Shown here piece after piece: positions 36,849-45,834 of a stretch of DNA of 63,837 nt. A model generated the notes under the pieces. It had not been told where the DNA came from. It did not search any database and was given only the letters and a program-made list of their open reading frames with translations. Source of the stretch: Candidatus Moraniibacteriota bacterium (GTDB lineage Bacteria; Patescibacteriota; Minisyncoccia; Moranbacterales; UBA1568); contig JAYTWI010000002.1 of assembly GCA_043743535.1 (NCBI GenBank), positions 1-63,837 on the forward strand, read 5' to 3'. The position numbers and the translations under genes are program-made. How positions within the stretch are numbered: the first letter of the stretch is position 1; each line of letters begins with the position of its first letter.

Positions 36849-39647
36849 CTACAAATACTTGGCCGTGAAACTGCGCTTGCACGATTTCAATTTTTCTGGT
36901 GGGCCAGCAAAAATGAGTTCGCCACCTTTTTCTCCCCCCTCTGGCCCCAGTTCCAGCACCCAATCGGCCGAAGAAATGACATCGAGGTTATGTTCCACGA
37001 CCAGCACAGAATTGCCTTTTTCTACCAGAGCCTCCAGGACTTCAAGCAAGCGCCGCACATCTTCAAAATGTAAACCGATGGTTGGCTCATCGAGAATATA
37101 CAGCGTCTTCCCCGTTGATTTGCGCGCCAATTCAGTGGCAAGCTTGATACGCTGAGCCTCGCCGCCGGACAGATTGGTAGCACTTTGTCCCAAAACAAGA
37201 TAACCCAAACCTACTTCTTCGAGCACTCGCAATTTTTCCTCGATGAGCGGTTGATCCAAAAAGAAACACCGCGCTTCTGCCACGGTCATCCGCAGAATAC
37301 CAGCGATATTCTCTCCGTGATACTCAATAGAGAGCGTTTTTGCATTGTAACGGGTTCCCTGGCAGACTTCACAGGGCACATAGACATCGGGCAAAAGATA
37401 CATTTCAATCTTCTTCAATCCGCCACCCTGGCAGGCCTCGCACCGTCCCCCTCGCATATTGAACGAAAAATGGCTAGCAGAATACTTTTCGCGTTCTGCT
37501 TCCCCTGTTTCGGCAAACAAATCACGAATCAGGCTGAAAACACCGGTGTAGGTAGCGGCATTAGAACGAGGCGTACGCCCAATGGGATCCTGAGTGACCG
37601 CAATCACCTTGTCGATATTGGACAACCCTTCAATTTTTTTGTGTACGCCCGGTACCGCCTTAGCGTGATAGAAATATTTCGACAAAGCGCGTGACAAGAT
37701 ATCGTGTACCAAAGTGGACTTACCCGATCCCGACACCCCCGAAACCGCCACCAATACCCCGAGCGGAATCGTCACATCGACATTTTTCAAATTATGCTCG
37801 GTGGCCCCAGTGATAACAATCGCCCCCCTTTTTGGTTTGCGCCGCTCCAACTTATCAGACACTTTTCGTTTACCAGAAAGATATTGGCCAGTCAAAAGTT
37901 TTGAATGAATGAGTTTGTCATGTGTCCCAGCAAAAATCACTTCACCCCCCTCAATACCCGCCCCCGGCCCCATATCGATGATGTAGTCTGCGCGCTTCAT
38001 AATAGCCACATCATGCTCCACGATGACCAATGAATTGTTCGCCGTGCGGAGATCTTCCAAAGCCAAGATGAGCTTTTCGGTATCACGGCTATGCAGTCCA
38101 ACCGACGGCTCGTCTAAAACATAGATGATTCCCGAGAGGCCAGATTTCATCTGCACCGACAGTCGAATACGCTGCGCTTCCCCACCGGAAAGAGTATCGG
38201 CACCTCGCGAGAGTTCCAGATAGCCCAAACCCACTTTTTCGACTGCTGAAAGACGCATCTGCATCTCACGAAAAAGAGGTTCAATCATGCTTTTTTCTCC
38301 GACGTGAAGCAGCTCCTCTTTCAATGATTTCAGTAGAGTCAAAAACTGTTCAACGCTCATCTTGACCAAATCATTGATCGAACGGCTTCCCACTAACACG
38401 GCCAAACTGGCTTGCTTGAGACGCTTGCCTAGACAGGCCGGACACATTTTGACCAACATGTAGGCCTCGATTTCCGCCCGCAGGTGGTCAGACTTCGTTT
38501 CACGATACTTGCGCTCCAAGAGCACGATTACCCCAGGAAAATGTTCTTTGGCTTCTCCTGGCTCGCCGAAAAGGATGATATCGAATTGTTTCGGGGAAAG
38601 TTTCTTGAGCGGTACATCCAAAGAAAAACGCTGACGCTTGGCACACTCCCGCAACAACTGCATCGGCCCATTGCCTGACTGGCGATCGCTGTTCATTTTG
38701 CTCCACGGCCGAATAGCCCCTTCAGAGAGCGACAGGTTTTTGTTTGGAATGACGAGCGTTGGTGCAAATTCAAGTGTCACCCCTAAACCAGAACATTTCT
38801 CACACGCTCCCTCCGGGCTGTTGAAAGAAAAGTGGCTAGGGGTGAATTCCGGCAAGAAAATATCACATTCCTCGCAGCGGAACTCTTCGTTGTAAATATG
38901 CTCCTCGCCCGTACCGTTGATACGCAAAGTGAACGTTCCCTGACCAACCCGGAAAGCCGTCTGGACACTATCTAAAATGCGTTCTTTATCTGGCCGTTGG
39001 CGCGAGAGCACCAAACGATCGATGACCACCGCGAGTGAAGACGTTTCGGTCGATGAAGCAGCCGAAAGCGCGAGAGCAATAGCCGAAAGCTCACCATGAA
39101 AAAGCACCCGCACATAGCCCCAAGTGTTAATGAGGTTGAGCGCTTCTTTTTCCGTCTTTCCCTGAAGCAGTGGGCTTTCGGTCAGAAACACGAGAGGAGT
39201 ACTATCAGGCAAGAGAAGAATTTCGCTCAAAATCTCACGTACGCTCTTGCGCGTCAAGATCTTGCTACAGGTCGGGCAATGTGGCACGCCCATCTTGGCA
39301 AAAAGCACGCGCAGATAGTCATAGACTTCTGTCATCGTCCCCACGGTCGACCGCGGACTACGTGACACGCTTTTCTGATCGATAGAGATAGCTGGGCTCA
39401 GATTGTGAATCGCATCGACATCCGGCTTTTCAAAGCCGTCCAAAAAATTACGCGCATAAGAAGAAAGTGATTCAACATAACGTCGATTGGCCTCAGCAAA
39501 CAAGGTATCAAAAGCCAGCGATGATTTCCCTGACCCGGAAAGGCCAGTAATAACTACCAACGCATTCCGGGGGATATCGACATCCACGTTTTTGAGATTG
39601 TTGACCCGTGCCCCTCTGATTTCAATAACCGGTTTTTTCCCTGGCAT
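36849..39647 (-). CDS. uvrA: Excinuclease ABC subunit A, copy 1
   Basis: Two ABC modules ([14 protein letters not shown] / [11 protein letters not shown] and [11 protein letters not shown] / [11 protein letters not shown]) and zinc modules. About 112 aa lie between CEKCSGLG and CPACLGKRL, so the insertion domain is present. Confidence 0.92.
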   Translation of the reverse strand: MPGKKPVIEIRGARVNNLKNVDVDIPRNALVVITGLSGSGKSSLAFDTLFAEANRRYVESLSSYARNFLDGFEKPDVDAIHNLSPAISIDQKSVSRSPRSTVGTMTEVYDYLRVLFAKMGVPHCPTCSKILTRKSVREILSEILLLPDSTPLVFLTESPLLQGKTEKEALNLINTWGYVRVLFHGELSAIALALSAASSTETSSLAVVIDRLVLSRQRPDKERILDSVQTAFRVGQGTFTLRINGTGEEHIYNEEFRCEECDIFLPEFTPSHFSFNSPEGACEKCSGLGVTLEFAPTLVIPNKNLSLSEGAIRPWSKMNSDRQSGNGPMQLLRECAKRQRFSLDVPLKKLSPKQFDIILFGEPGEAKEHFPGVIVLLERKYRETKSDHLRAEIEAYMLVKMCPACLGKRLKQASLAVLVGSRSINDLVKMSVEQFLTLLKSLKEELLHVGEKSMIEPLFREMQMRLSAVEKVGLGYLELSRGADTLSGGEAQRIRLSVQMKSGLSGIIYVLDEPSVGLHSRDTEKLILALEDLRTANNSLVIVEHDVAIMKRADYIIDMGPGAGIEGGEVIFAGTHDKLIHSKLLTGQYLSGKRKVSDKLERRKPKRGAIVITGATEHNLKNVDVTIPLGVLVAVSGVSGSGKSTLVHDILSRALSKYFYHAKAVPGVHKKIEGLSNIDKVIAVTQDPIGRTPRSNAATYTGVFSLIRDLFAETGEAEREKYSASHFSFNMRGGRCEACQGGGLKKIEMYLLPDVYVPCEVCQGTRYNAKTLSIEYHGENIAGILRMTVAEARCFFLDQPLIEEKLRVLEEVGLGYLVLGQSATNLSGGEAQRIKLATELARKSTGKTLYILDEPTIGLHFEDVRRLLEVLEALVEKGNSVLVVEHNLDVISSADWVLELGPEGGEKGGELIFAGPPEKLKSCKRSFTAKYL

Positions 39648-39729
39648 ACACGAGAGGATTACTCACGCAAAAAAGTATACGAACGTTTCCCATCATACAC
39701 TCATTTTGAGAGAGTGTAAAGACTGCGGG

Positions 39730-41001
39730 TTATCCACCGAGAAACTCCTTGTTGCGACGCTTGCGGTGAAAAGAAATAGCAAAGCGATGTGCTTCATTAT
39801 TGGCTAGCAAAACCTCCTTTTCAAAGCGCTTGATGAGGACGACAGATCCGATGAGACGTTCGGGCTCATGTTTTTTGTTCTTCACCACCCCGATGAGCGC
39901 AATTGTGATCCCTGCTTCCCCCAAAGTTTTTTCCGCGGCTCTAAGCTGGAGAAGCGCCCCATCTACCACGATGATTTCCGGCAACCGCCACTCACTATGT
40001 CTGAGCCGACGTCGCAGTATCTCCGCCAAGGCTGTCAAATCATTACCATTATGTTCTCCGCGCAGAATAAACTTCCGATAGGCATCTTTATTTGGCCGAC
40101 CACTTTGTACGACCGTCATCACTCCGACACTATTCTCCCCCAGCAGATGGGCGACGTCGTAAGCTTCGATACGGTGAGTCTCATACTTGCCCAGATCATC
40201 TTTGATGAGCGCCATATCTTGAATATGAGCTAACCCAAAAAGTGTTCTTTTTATTTCCCCTGATCGTTCAAACTCCTGTTCATTGGCAGCTACTTTCATT
40301 TCCCGCTCTAATTTTTTCACCAAGGCGCTTTTCCGACCTTCAAAAAACAAACGAATATGGTTAACAGTACGCCCATATGTTTTGACTGTCACTGCCCCCC
40401 CACACACGCCCGGACACAGACCGATTTGCGCCGAAAAGCAAGGCTTAGCTTTCCCCCGCTGCGCTCCTGAAAGTTCTTCGAAGGGCACACACTTGTCGCG
40501 ATAAGGAAAGAGTTTGCGGACAATCTTCATCGCCTCACGCAGTGCCCCGCCGGAAGGGAAGGGGCCAAAGAGATATTTCACTGGCTCTATAAATTTCTTT
40601 TGCTCGATATCGCGCCCCCGCACCACCAGTACCCTAGGAAACCGTTCATCGGTGATAACTACGTGATTATAGCTTTTATCGTCTTTTAAGTCCGTATTAT
40701 ACGGCGGGAGATATTGCTTAACCAGGCGCGCTTCGAGGATGAGCGCCTCCAAAACCGAATCAGTTTTCCGGTAGGATATTGCCGCCACCTTTGCGAGCAT
40801 CAAAACAATCTTCGGCCCACGGGTTTCACTTATATCCTGAGTGAAGTAGCTTTTTACGCGATCATGTAGCGACGTAGCCTTGCCTATATAAAGTATTTCA
40901 TCATCGACACCCAAGAAAAAATACACTCCCGGTACTTCTGGCAAGGTGTTTTTCTTATGAAACGCCGGGAGCGTCACTTTTTTCTCCCACAGTTCGGCCA
41001 T
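39730..41001 (-). CDS. uvrC: Excinuclease ABC subunit C, short form
   Basis: GIY-YIG motif (GVYFFLGVDDEILYIGKA), UVR-like helix pair (LVKKLEREMKVAANEQEFERSGEIKRTL), and NEAHRFAISFHRKRR near the C-terminus. No room is left for a (HhH)2 domain. Start moved to ATG (MAELWEKK). Confidence 0.88.
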   Translation of the reverse strand: MAELWEKKVTLPAFHKKNTLPEVPGVYFFLGVDDEILYIGKATSLHDRVKSYFTQDISETRGPKIVLMLAKVAAISYRKTDSVLEALILEARLVKQYLPPYNTDLKDDKSYNHVVITDERFPRVLVVRGRDIEQKKFIEPVKYLFGPFPSGGALREAMKIVRKLFPYRDKCVPFEELSGAQRGKAKPCFSAQIGLCPGVCGGAVTVKTYGRTVNHIRLFFEGRKSALVKKLEREMKVAANEQEFERSGEIKRTLFGLAHIQDMALIKDDLGKYETHRIEAYDVAHLLGENSVGVMTVVQSGRPNKDAYRKFILRGEHNGNDLTALAEILRRRLRHSEWRLPEIIVVDGALLQLRAAEKTLGEAGITIALIGVVKNKKHEPERLIGSVVLIKRFEKEVLLANNEAHRFAISFHRKRRNKEFLGG

Positions 41002-41092
41002 AGACAAAGTCACAGTCACTCTATTCAAGCAGTTTGCGAGCGGAAAATCAACCCAAAGACTTCTTTTTTCATTACTAGTGCGAGATTGACTT

Positions 41093-42139
41093 TTATGGTA
41101 TTTTAGAGTATAATGGATTATTATTATATCGTATCAACCTTAATTCACCCCTCAATGAGGACACCCGCATAAAACAAGAATTATCTTTCTCTAACAATAC
41201 ACCATTCTTCCTGGCTACTTCAAATGCTGAGCGATATCCAAGGATTTTCCTTGGTTTTTTGTTGATCAGATTGACTGCCTGATCAATCTCTTGCTGACTG
41301 ACTTCTCTGAAGTCAGTCCCTTTCGGAAAGTATCTTCGCAGCATCTTGTTCCCATTCTCTACTCCTCCTTTCTGCCAGGAAGAGTAAGGATCACAGAAAA
41401 AGGTAGCCATTCCTAGTTTTCCATGTCGTTTGTTCTCGATACCATTATCAAAGGTGATGCTTTTGATGTTGAGATTCTTTTCCATACGCTGTATTTTTCT
41501 CGTATTCTCCTCTGGAGACAGTGAGAACAGTTTTCTGACTGAGAGATAGCGACTCTTTCGTTCTAAAAGCACGCTCATCCCTCCTCTCCCTCCTTTTCTT
41601 GATACCACGGTATCTCCCTCGAAGTGGCCGTATCTGGTCCGGTTCTCTGCCCCCAGAGGGCGTTTCTGAAAGGAAACACGATCTGGGATCATCACTCGTG
41701 CTGATTTCTTCACCCGCTTCTTTTTCCGGTACCGCTTTGAATAGAGATACCGACAATATACCTGCCCTCTCGCACTGTAGAGCCACTCATAGATGGCTGT
41801 TTTTGATGCGTAGAAGGGAGTCTTCTCCCTTCTCATACATCCGGATATCTCATCTGGGTTCCAGTGTTTCTGCAATCTGGTCACAATGTAGTCTCTCAGA
41901 CGATCATCCTCATTGATCTTCTTCCACTGATACTTGGCCATTCTCTTCCGTACCCGAGCTTTAGCATCGGCTTTCAGAGAGTCATAGACTCCATGCGTAC
42001 TGTTTTCCCGTACTTCGTACGAGATGGCATTGGGACTGCGTCCCAAGGCCGTACCTATCTTTCGAAGAGAGTATCCTTTCTGCAAGAGGATGGCTATCTC
42101 TAAACGCTCTACTCGCTTCAATTTTTCTTTCTTTTTCAT
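41093..42139 (-). CDS. IS30-family DDE transposase
   Basis: N-terminal HTH (LEIAILLQKGYSLRKIG). DDE residues in HFEGDTV, ITFDNGIEN and SWQKGGVENGN. Confidence 0.9.
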   Translation of the reverse strand: MKKKEKLKRVERLEIAILLQKGYSLRKIGTALGRSPNAISYEVRENSTHGVYDSLKADAKARVRKRMAKYQWKKINEDDRLRDYIVTRLQKHWNPDEISGCMRREKTPFYASKTAIYEWLYSARGQVYCRYLYSKRYRKKKRVKKSARVMIPDRVSFQKRPLGAENRTRYGHFEGDTVVSRKGGRGGMSVLLERKSRYLSVRKLFSLSPEENTRKIQRMEKNLNIKSITFDNGIENKRHGKLGMATFFCDPYSSWQKGGVENGNKMLRRYFPKGTDFREVSQQEIDQAVNLINKKPRKILGYRSAFEVARKNGVLLEKDNSCFMRVSSLRGELRLIRYNNNPLYSKIP

Positions 42140-42183
42140 AGATCCACTCTAGCAGAGTGTCCTCATTCAGAACGGAATGAACG
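41093..42183 (-). mobile_element. IS30-family insertion sequence (element 1); ends approximate
   Basis: Imperfect inverted repeats ccttaattcacccctcaatgaggacac (41138-41164) and gtgtcctcattcagaacggaatgaacg (42157-42183), about 19 of 27 positions matching. The transposase ORF reads through the left repeat. Confidence 0.55.
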
Positions 42184-42220
42184 TCGATCTTTCACAATTT
42201 AACCCGCAGCTTTTCTAACC

Positions 42221-42682
42221 TTGGGAGACTCCATGACCATACGGGAAGAAACCCCGGAAACCCGGATGACCCGGGAAGTAAAAGACCTCTACCTTGCGAG
42301 GATGGGCGATCATCCCGCCCTAAGCGACGAGGTGTTCGGAGAGGTCTTCGCAACGGTCGCGCGCAAGCACGGCCACATGTACCACAGAGGCAAGGCTGTA
42401 CTGAACGACCAGGAACGTGCTGATCGCCGTGTGTACATCCTGTACTTCAGGTTGATACAGAGCCGCCTAGAAGCCGCCATAAAACGTCTGGTGGAAAATG
42501 AACGCCGAAACCAAGCGGCAAGAATGACAAGGCACACGACCTTAGGGAGCACTGGTCAGATGAGAGGTGTTGCCACCCCTTCTAAAGACCGAGAGCCGGT
42601 TCAGCTGGACCTTCCTCTAGCCATTCCGCCACCACTTGCCTTTCACGCATGGCGGGAAGAATTCCGAGCCAAGCACAGCTAA
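42221..42682 (+). CDS. Hypothetical protein (G+C-rich patch next to IS30)
   Basis: 153-aa ORF with no recognised motif. Convergent with the next gene. Confidence 0.4.
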   Translation: MGDSMTIREETPETRMTREVKDLYLARMGDHPALSDEVFGEVFATVARKHGHMYHRGKAVLNDQERADRRVYILYFRLIQSRLEAAIKRLVENERRNQAARMTRHTTLGSTGQMRGVATPSKDREPVQLDLPLAIPPPLAFHAWREEFRAKHS

Positions 42683-42815
42683 AATGCTCCACCCCAAACC
42701 GAAAACCGCTTACGCCGCAGTACTCTATCAGGTACCGCGGCTTTTTTTGTAAAAAAATTCCCAAAGAAAAAAGGAGGTAACAGAATCGTCACACTCCCTC
42801 TAGACCCACAGACGT

Positions 42816-43307
42816 TTATAACCCACCTACCCTGCCTGCCAGTATTCGAGCAGCTGTTTCGTTCAACCACTGACACACCCTGACATACGCCAGTTCTGGG
42901 GTATGCATGTGATAACACAGCTCTTCAAAACTGACCCGACTCCACTCTCTCCCAGTCCCATTCTTCGGCGTAAACACCTTGTACGGGCCAAGGGCATCAA
43001 CACCAAATTCTTTGCGACCAGTCCTAGTATCATCGGAAGTTAGTCGGCATTCTCCCTGAGAAAGACTGAGTACAGCAGTCGCCGCAACGCCAATGTCTTT
43101 CCCAGTGAAAAGTTCCCGCAAAGCATCGGCGATGTTCTTCACATTCTTTGTGAAACGCGCCCGATCTTTCACGATCTCATCAGGAGCAGAAACCAAGCTA
43201 AGCATGACCAGAGGTATGCACGATGGCTCTTCCTCGAGCCATTTGGCGTAAGCCCTTCTCACCTCATCCTTCCCTAGAAGTTGGGATTTCCCCAGCTTTC
43301 CCTGCAT
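42816..43307 (-). CDS. Hypothetical protein (G+C-rich patch next to IS30)
   Basis: 163-aa ATG-initiated ORF with no recognised motif. Confidence 0.45.
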   Translation of the reverse strand: MQGKLGKSQLLGKDEVRRAYAKWLEEEPSCIPLVMLSLVSAPDEIVKDRARFTKNVKNIADALRELFTGKDIGVAATAVLSLSQGECRLTSDDTRTGRKEFGVDALGPYKVFTPKNGTGREWSRVSFEELCYHMHTPELAYVRVCQWLNETAARILAGRVGGL

Positions 43308-43696
43308 AGTTACTCCCCCTCGCTAAAAATGTTAAACAACAATACTCCACTCTACGATAGATTGTGGATAAAATCAATCCCCGAGTATTGCTCTTTCTAT
43401 ACATTTCTGTTACTATAAAAGCCCTGATGACGTCGTCAGGTATATCTGTCGGAAAAGTACTACCGCACAGAAATGGTTCTTTTTTATAAATGATGCGCGA
43501 GCGTAAAAATTCGAGAATTCGTCCTCCTGAAGAAAGAAAGAGAATGTTTTCCTTGGAACCTATTCCCGAATGAGAACGCTTAACAGTTACGAGGTGGCAC
43601 CGAGATTTGTCCTGAAACAGTATGTTTCCAAGTCACTGGTATAACCATGCTGGTGTGCCGCCTCGTTCTGGCATCGTATCTACGAACTGAGTACTG

Positions 43697-43717
43697 ACCG
43701 CATAAGGCGGTTTTTTT
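43697..43717 (+). terminator. Plus-strand intrinsic terminator with no upstream ORF
   Basis: Stem accgc / gcggt with loop ataag, followed by TTTTTTT. Confidence 0.5.
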
Positions 43718-43733
43718 GCACAAAATCTCCATG

Positions 43734-43764
43734 AAAAAACCGCCCTCTTGCGAGGACGGTTTTT
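43734..43764 (-). terminator. Bidirectional-type terminator after the cold-shock gene
   Basis: Stem accgccctc / gaggacggt (8 of 9 pairs) with loop ttgc, flanked by A6 and T5. Confidence 0.6.
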
Positions 43765-43782
43765 CGATTCGAGCGGTAAAAA

Positions 43783-43980
43783 TTACGCGCGAGAAACACC
43801 TGTGGCTGCAGGTCCTTTTTCACCATCGACAACTTCGAAAGAGACGACATCGCCTACCTTCAGTTCATCGAAAGTTACGCCGACCAACTCCTTGGAGTGG
43901 AAAAACAGATCCTTTACCTCGCCTTCGCGAGAAATGAATCCGAATCCTCTGTCCGTAAGGGTTTTGATAGTTCCGGTCAT
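43783..43980 (-). CDS. cspA: Cold-shock protein (CspA family)
   Basis: MTGTIKTLTDRGFGFISREG (RNP1-like) and LFFHSKEL (RNP2-like). 65 aa after trimming the track ORF to the ATG. Confidence 0.9.
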   Translation of the reverse strand: MTGTIKTLTDRGFGFISREGEVKDLFFHSKELVGVTFDELKVGDVVSFEVVDGEKGPAATGVSRA

Positions 43981-44328
43981 AGATTTCTTTGGGTTGCTTA
44001 ATACTGCGCGAAACTCGACTCCGTTCTGCGTGGCTTCTTCAGCACGGATTAAGTATAGCACTCTTCTCTAAAAGAAGCAAGCCCCTGTATGCGTCCACCA
44101 CCATCTAAGTCCACTCATCGACAATTAAGGTTTTAAATAAGCCTTTTTCCATTATCCATCCCTTACTAACCTCTTCCCACACGAAGTGCTATACTAAAAA
44201 TGAAAAGCCTTCAGAATGAATGGCGCCAAATTGAGACCCACCTGGATTTACAGGGAAAAAATGTATTTTTTCCGTTACTTCTTTTCACGGGACTCAGTCG
44301 TCACTCTGCATTGAGGGCTTTTTGCATT

Positions 44329-44874
44329 TTATACTTCCTTACTCTCGCCTTTCTTGGCGATTGGCCACCAGACAGGATATTCTCCATTGCGCAAACAGAC
44401 GAGGTCAAACACTGCCAAGAGAGCAATCCCCCACGGCACGAAACCAAGAAGCGTATCAGAACCAGAGTGTGATTGGCTGTCAATAAGAGAAAAAATCAGC
44501 CCAGCCAATTCCAAGAAGAGAAGTAAGATCGCCCAACCATGCCAAGAAGTCGGATAATACACCATGAACCATTTCCCCACAGACACCGGCCGGAACCAAT
44601 ACCGCTCTAAAGATGAAGTAGCGCCTCTCTTTTCGACATCAGCCAAACCACCCACATTCGTGATCTGCAAAAATCCCATCCCCAGTAACGCCTGTCTTGC
44701 TTGCTCGGCACGGGCACCGGAATGGCAATAAAGTTCTATCTTGGTGTCTTTGGCTGCATCCTTTAGAAAACCAAGTTTTCCCATTTGGATAAGAGTAAGA
44801 GGGAGCGATGCCGCCCCTGAAGCGTGACGTTCCTGATATTCTTCCGGCGTGCGCACATCGATGAGAAGTCCCAT
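44329..44874 (-). CDS. Rhodanese-domain protein fused to a C-terminal membrane domain
   Basis: IDVRTPEEYQERH and active-site loop CHSGARA, followed by two or three hydrophobic helices. Confidence 0.75.
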   Translation of the reverse strand: MGLLIDVRTPEEYQERHASGAASLPLTLIQMGKLGFLKDAAKDTKIELYCHSGARAEQARQALLGMGFLQITNVGGLADVEKRGATSSLERYWFRPVSVGKWFMVYYPTSWHGWAILLLFLELAGLIFSLIDSQSHSGSDTLLGFVPWGIALLAVFDLVCLRNGEYPVWWPIAKKGESKEV

Positions 44875-44915
44875 AAAATAGTATTCAATATCAAAAAGAT
44901 GGAGGGTCCTTTTCC

Positions 44916-45302
44916 CTAAAGAACTTCACGAACATAATCCACGGCCTTTTGTGGCGTGGTCAAAGACTTGATGAGATAGAAATGGGTTTCGAACTGCCCC
45001 ACGGCTTTGTAAGCATCCTCGTTGTCCAGATTGGACAGCACAATGACCGGAATTTTAGAAAGTTCTTTGTCAACGGAAAGCTCTTTTAACACTTCTACTC
45101 CGCCCTTCACCGGCATCTGCAGGTCAAGCAGAATAATATCGGGCTTCTTCTCTCGAATAATCTTCATCCCTTCCTCACCGTTTACAGCCAAGAGTACCGC
45201 GAAACCTTCCTGGGTGAACTTGGTATGATAAATCTCTCGCACATTTTCGTCATCGTCGACGATACATACTTTTTTCTTTTCCCACACGTCTGGCCCAGCC
45301 AT
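44916..45302 (-). CDS. Stand-alone response regulator receiver domain (CheY-like)
   Basis: VCIVDDDENV acidic pocket and phospho-acceptor context IILLDLQMP. 128 aa with no output domain. Confidence 0.85.
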   Translation of the reverse strand: MAGPDVWEKKKVCIVDDDENVREIYHTKFTQEGFAVLLAVNGEEGMKIIREKKPDIILLDLQMPVKGGVEVLKELSVDKELSKIPVIVLSNLDNEDAYKAVGQFETHFYLIKSLTTPQKAVDYVREVL

Positions 45303-45320
45303 AAAGTTACGATTAAAAAA

Positions 45321-45722
45321 TTACCCTAAAAATTCAGTATCGCGTTCAAAGCGCGCCTGCCACGCGATCATATTGATGAAACAATACAAAAGGAGCGTAA
45401 TTGTTAACAGTCCAATATGATGATCATGGTTTAGTGCAGCCTGGTCTACCAAAAAATAGGTCATCACAAAAGCCATGAGCGGCAGCACCACATCAACCCA
45501 ACCATTGCCGGGAGCCTCACTTAAGCGAAAGAATTTTTCCAGAAGTTCCCAGCTAAGTGCCAACCCAAAGGTCACAAAAAAAACATCGAAAGCGGGGAAA
45601 TCAAATGCGATAGCAACGAGAGCGGTGATAATACCAAACAAAAAGTGGGGCACCGACCACCAATCAAACAGCTTCTTCGGATCAAACAAACGACGTAGGT
45701 GGTGACGCTTCCATTGTTTCAT
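45321..45722 (-). CDS. Hypothetical multi-pass membrane protein
   Basis: 133 aa with four hydrophobic segments. Confidence 0.5.
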   Translation of the reverse strand: MKQWKRHHLRRLFDPKKLFDWWSVPHFLFGIITALVAIAFDFPAFDVFFVTFGLALSWELLEKFFRLSEAPGNGWVDVVLPLMAFVMTYFLVDQAALNHDHHIGLLTITLLLYCFINMIAWQARFERDTEFLG

Positions 45723-45834
45723 AAACTCCTGAGGATAAGTGCTTCTATTCTAGCACATTTTTTCCCGCTTTTATGAAAAACAGTCACGCGCTCATCTCTA
45801 GCGTCACTCTTCGTCGCCAATTTCATCGCGACTA

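Noticed and set aside
36447-37155. ORFs 36447-36677 (-) and 36598-37155 (+)
   Set aside because: The first spans the inverted-repeat structure and has a low-complexity F/S-rich translation. The second is antisense to the 3' end of uvrA. Neither has a ribosome-binding site that I can see.
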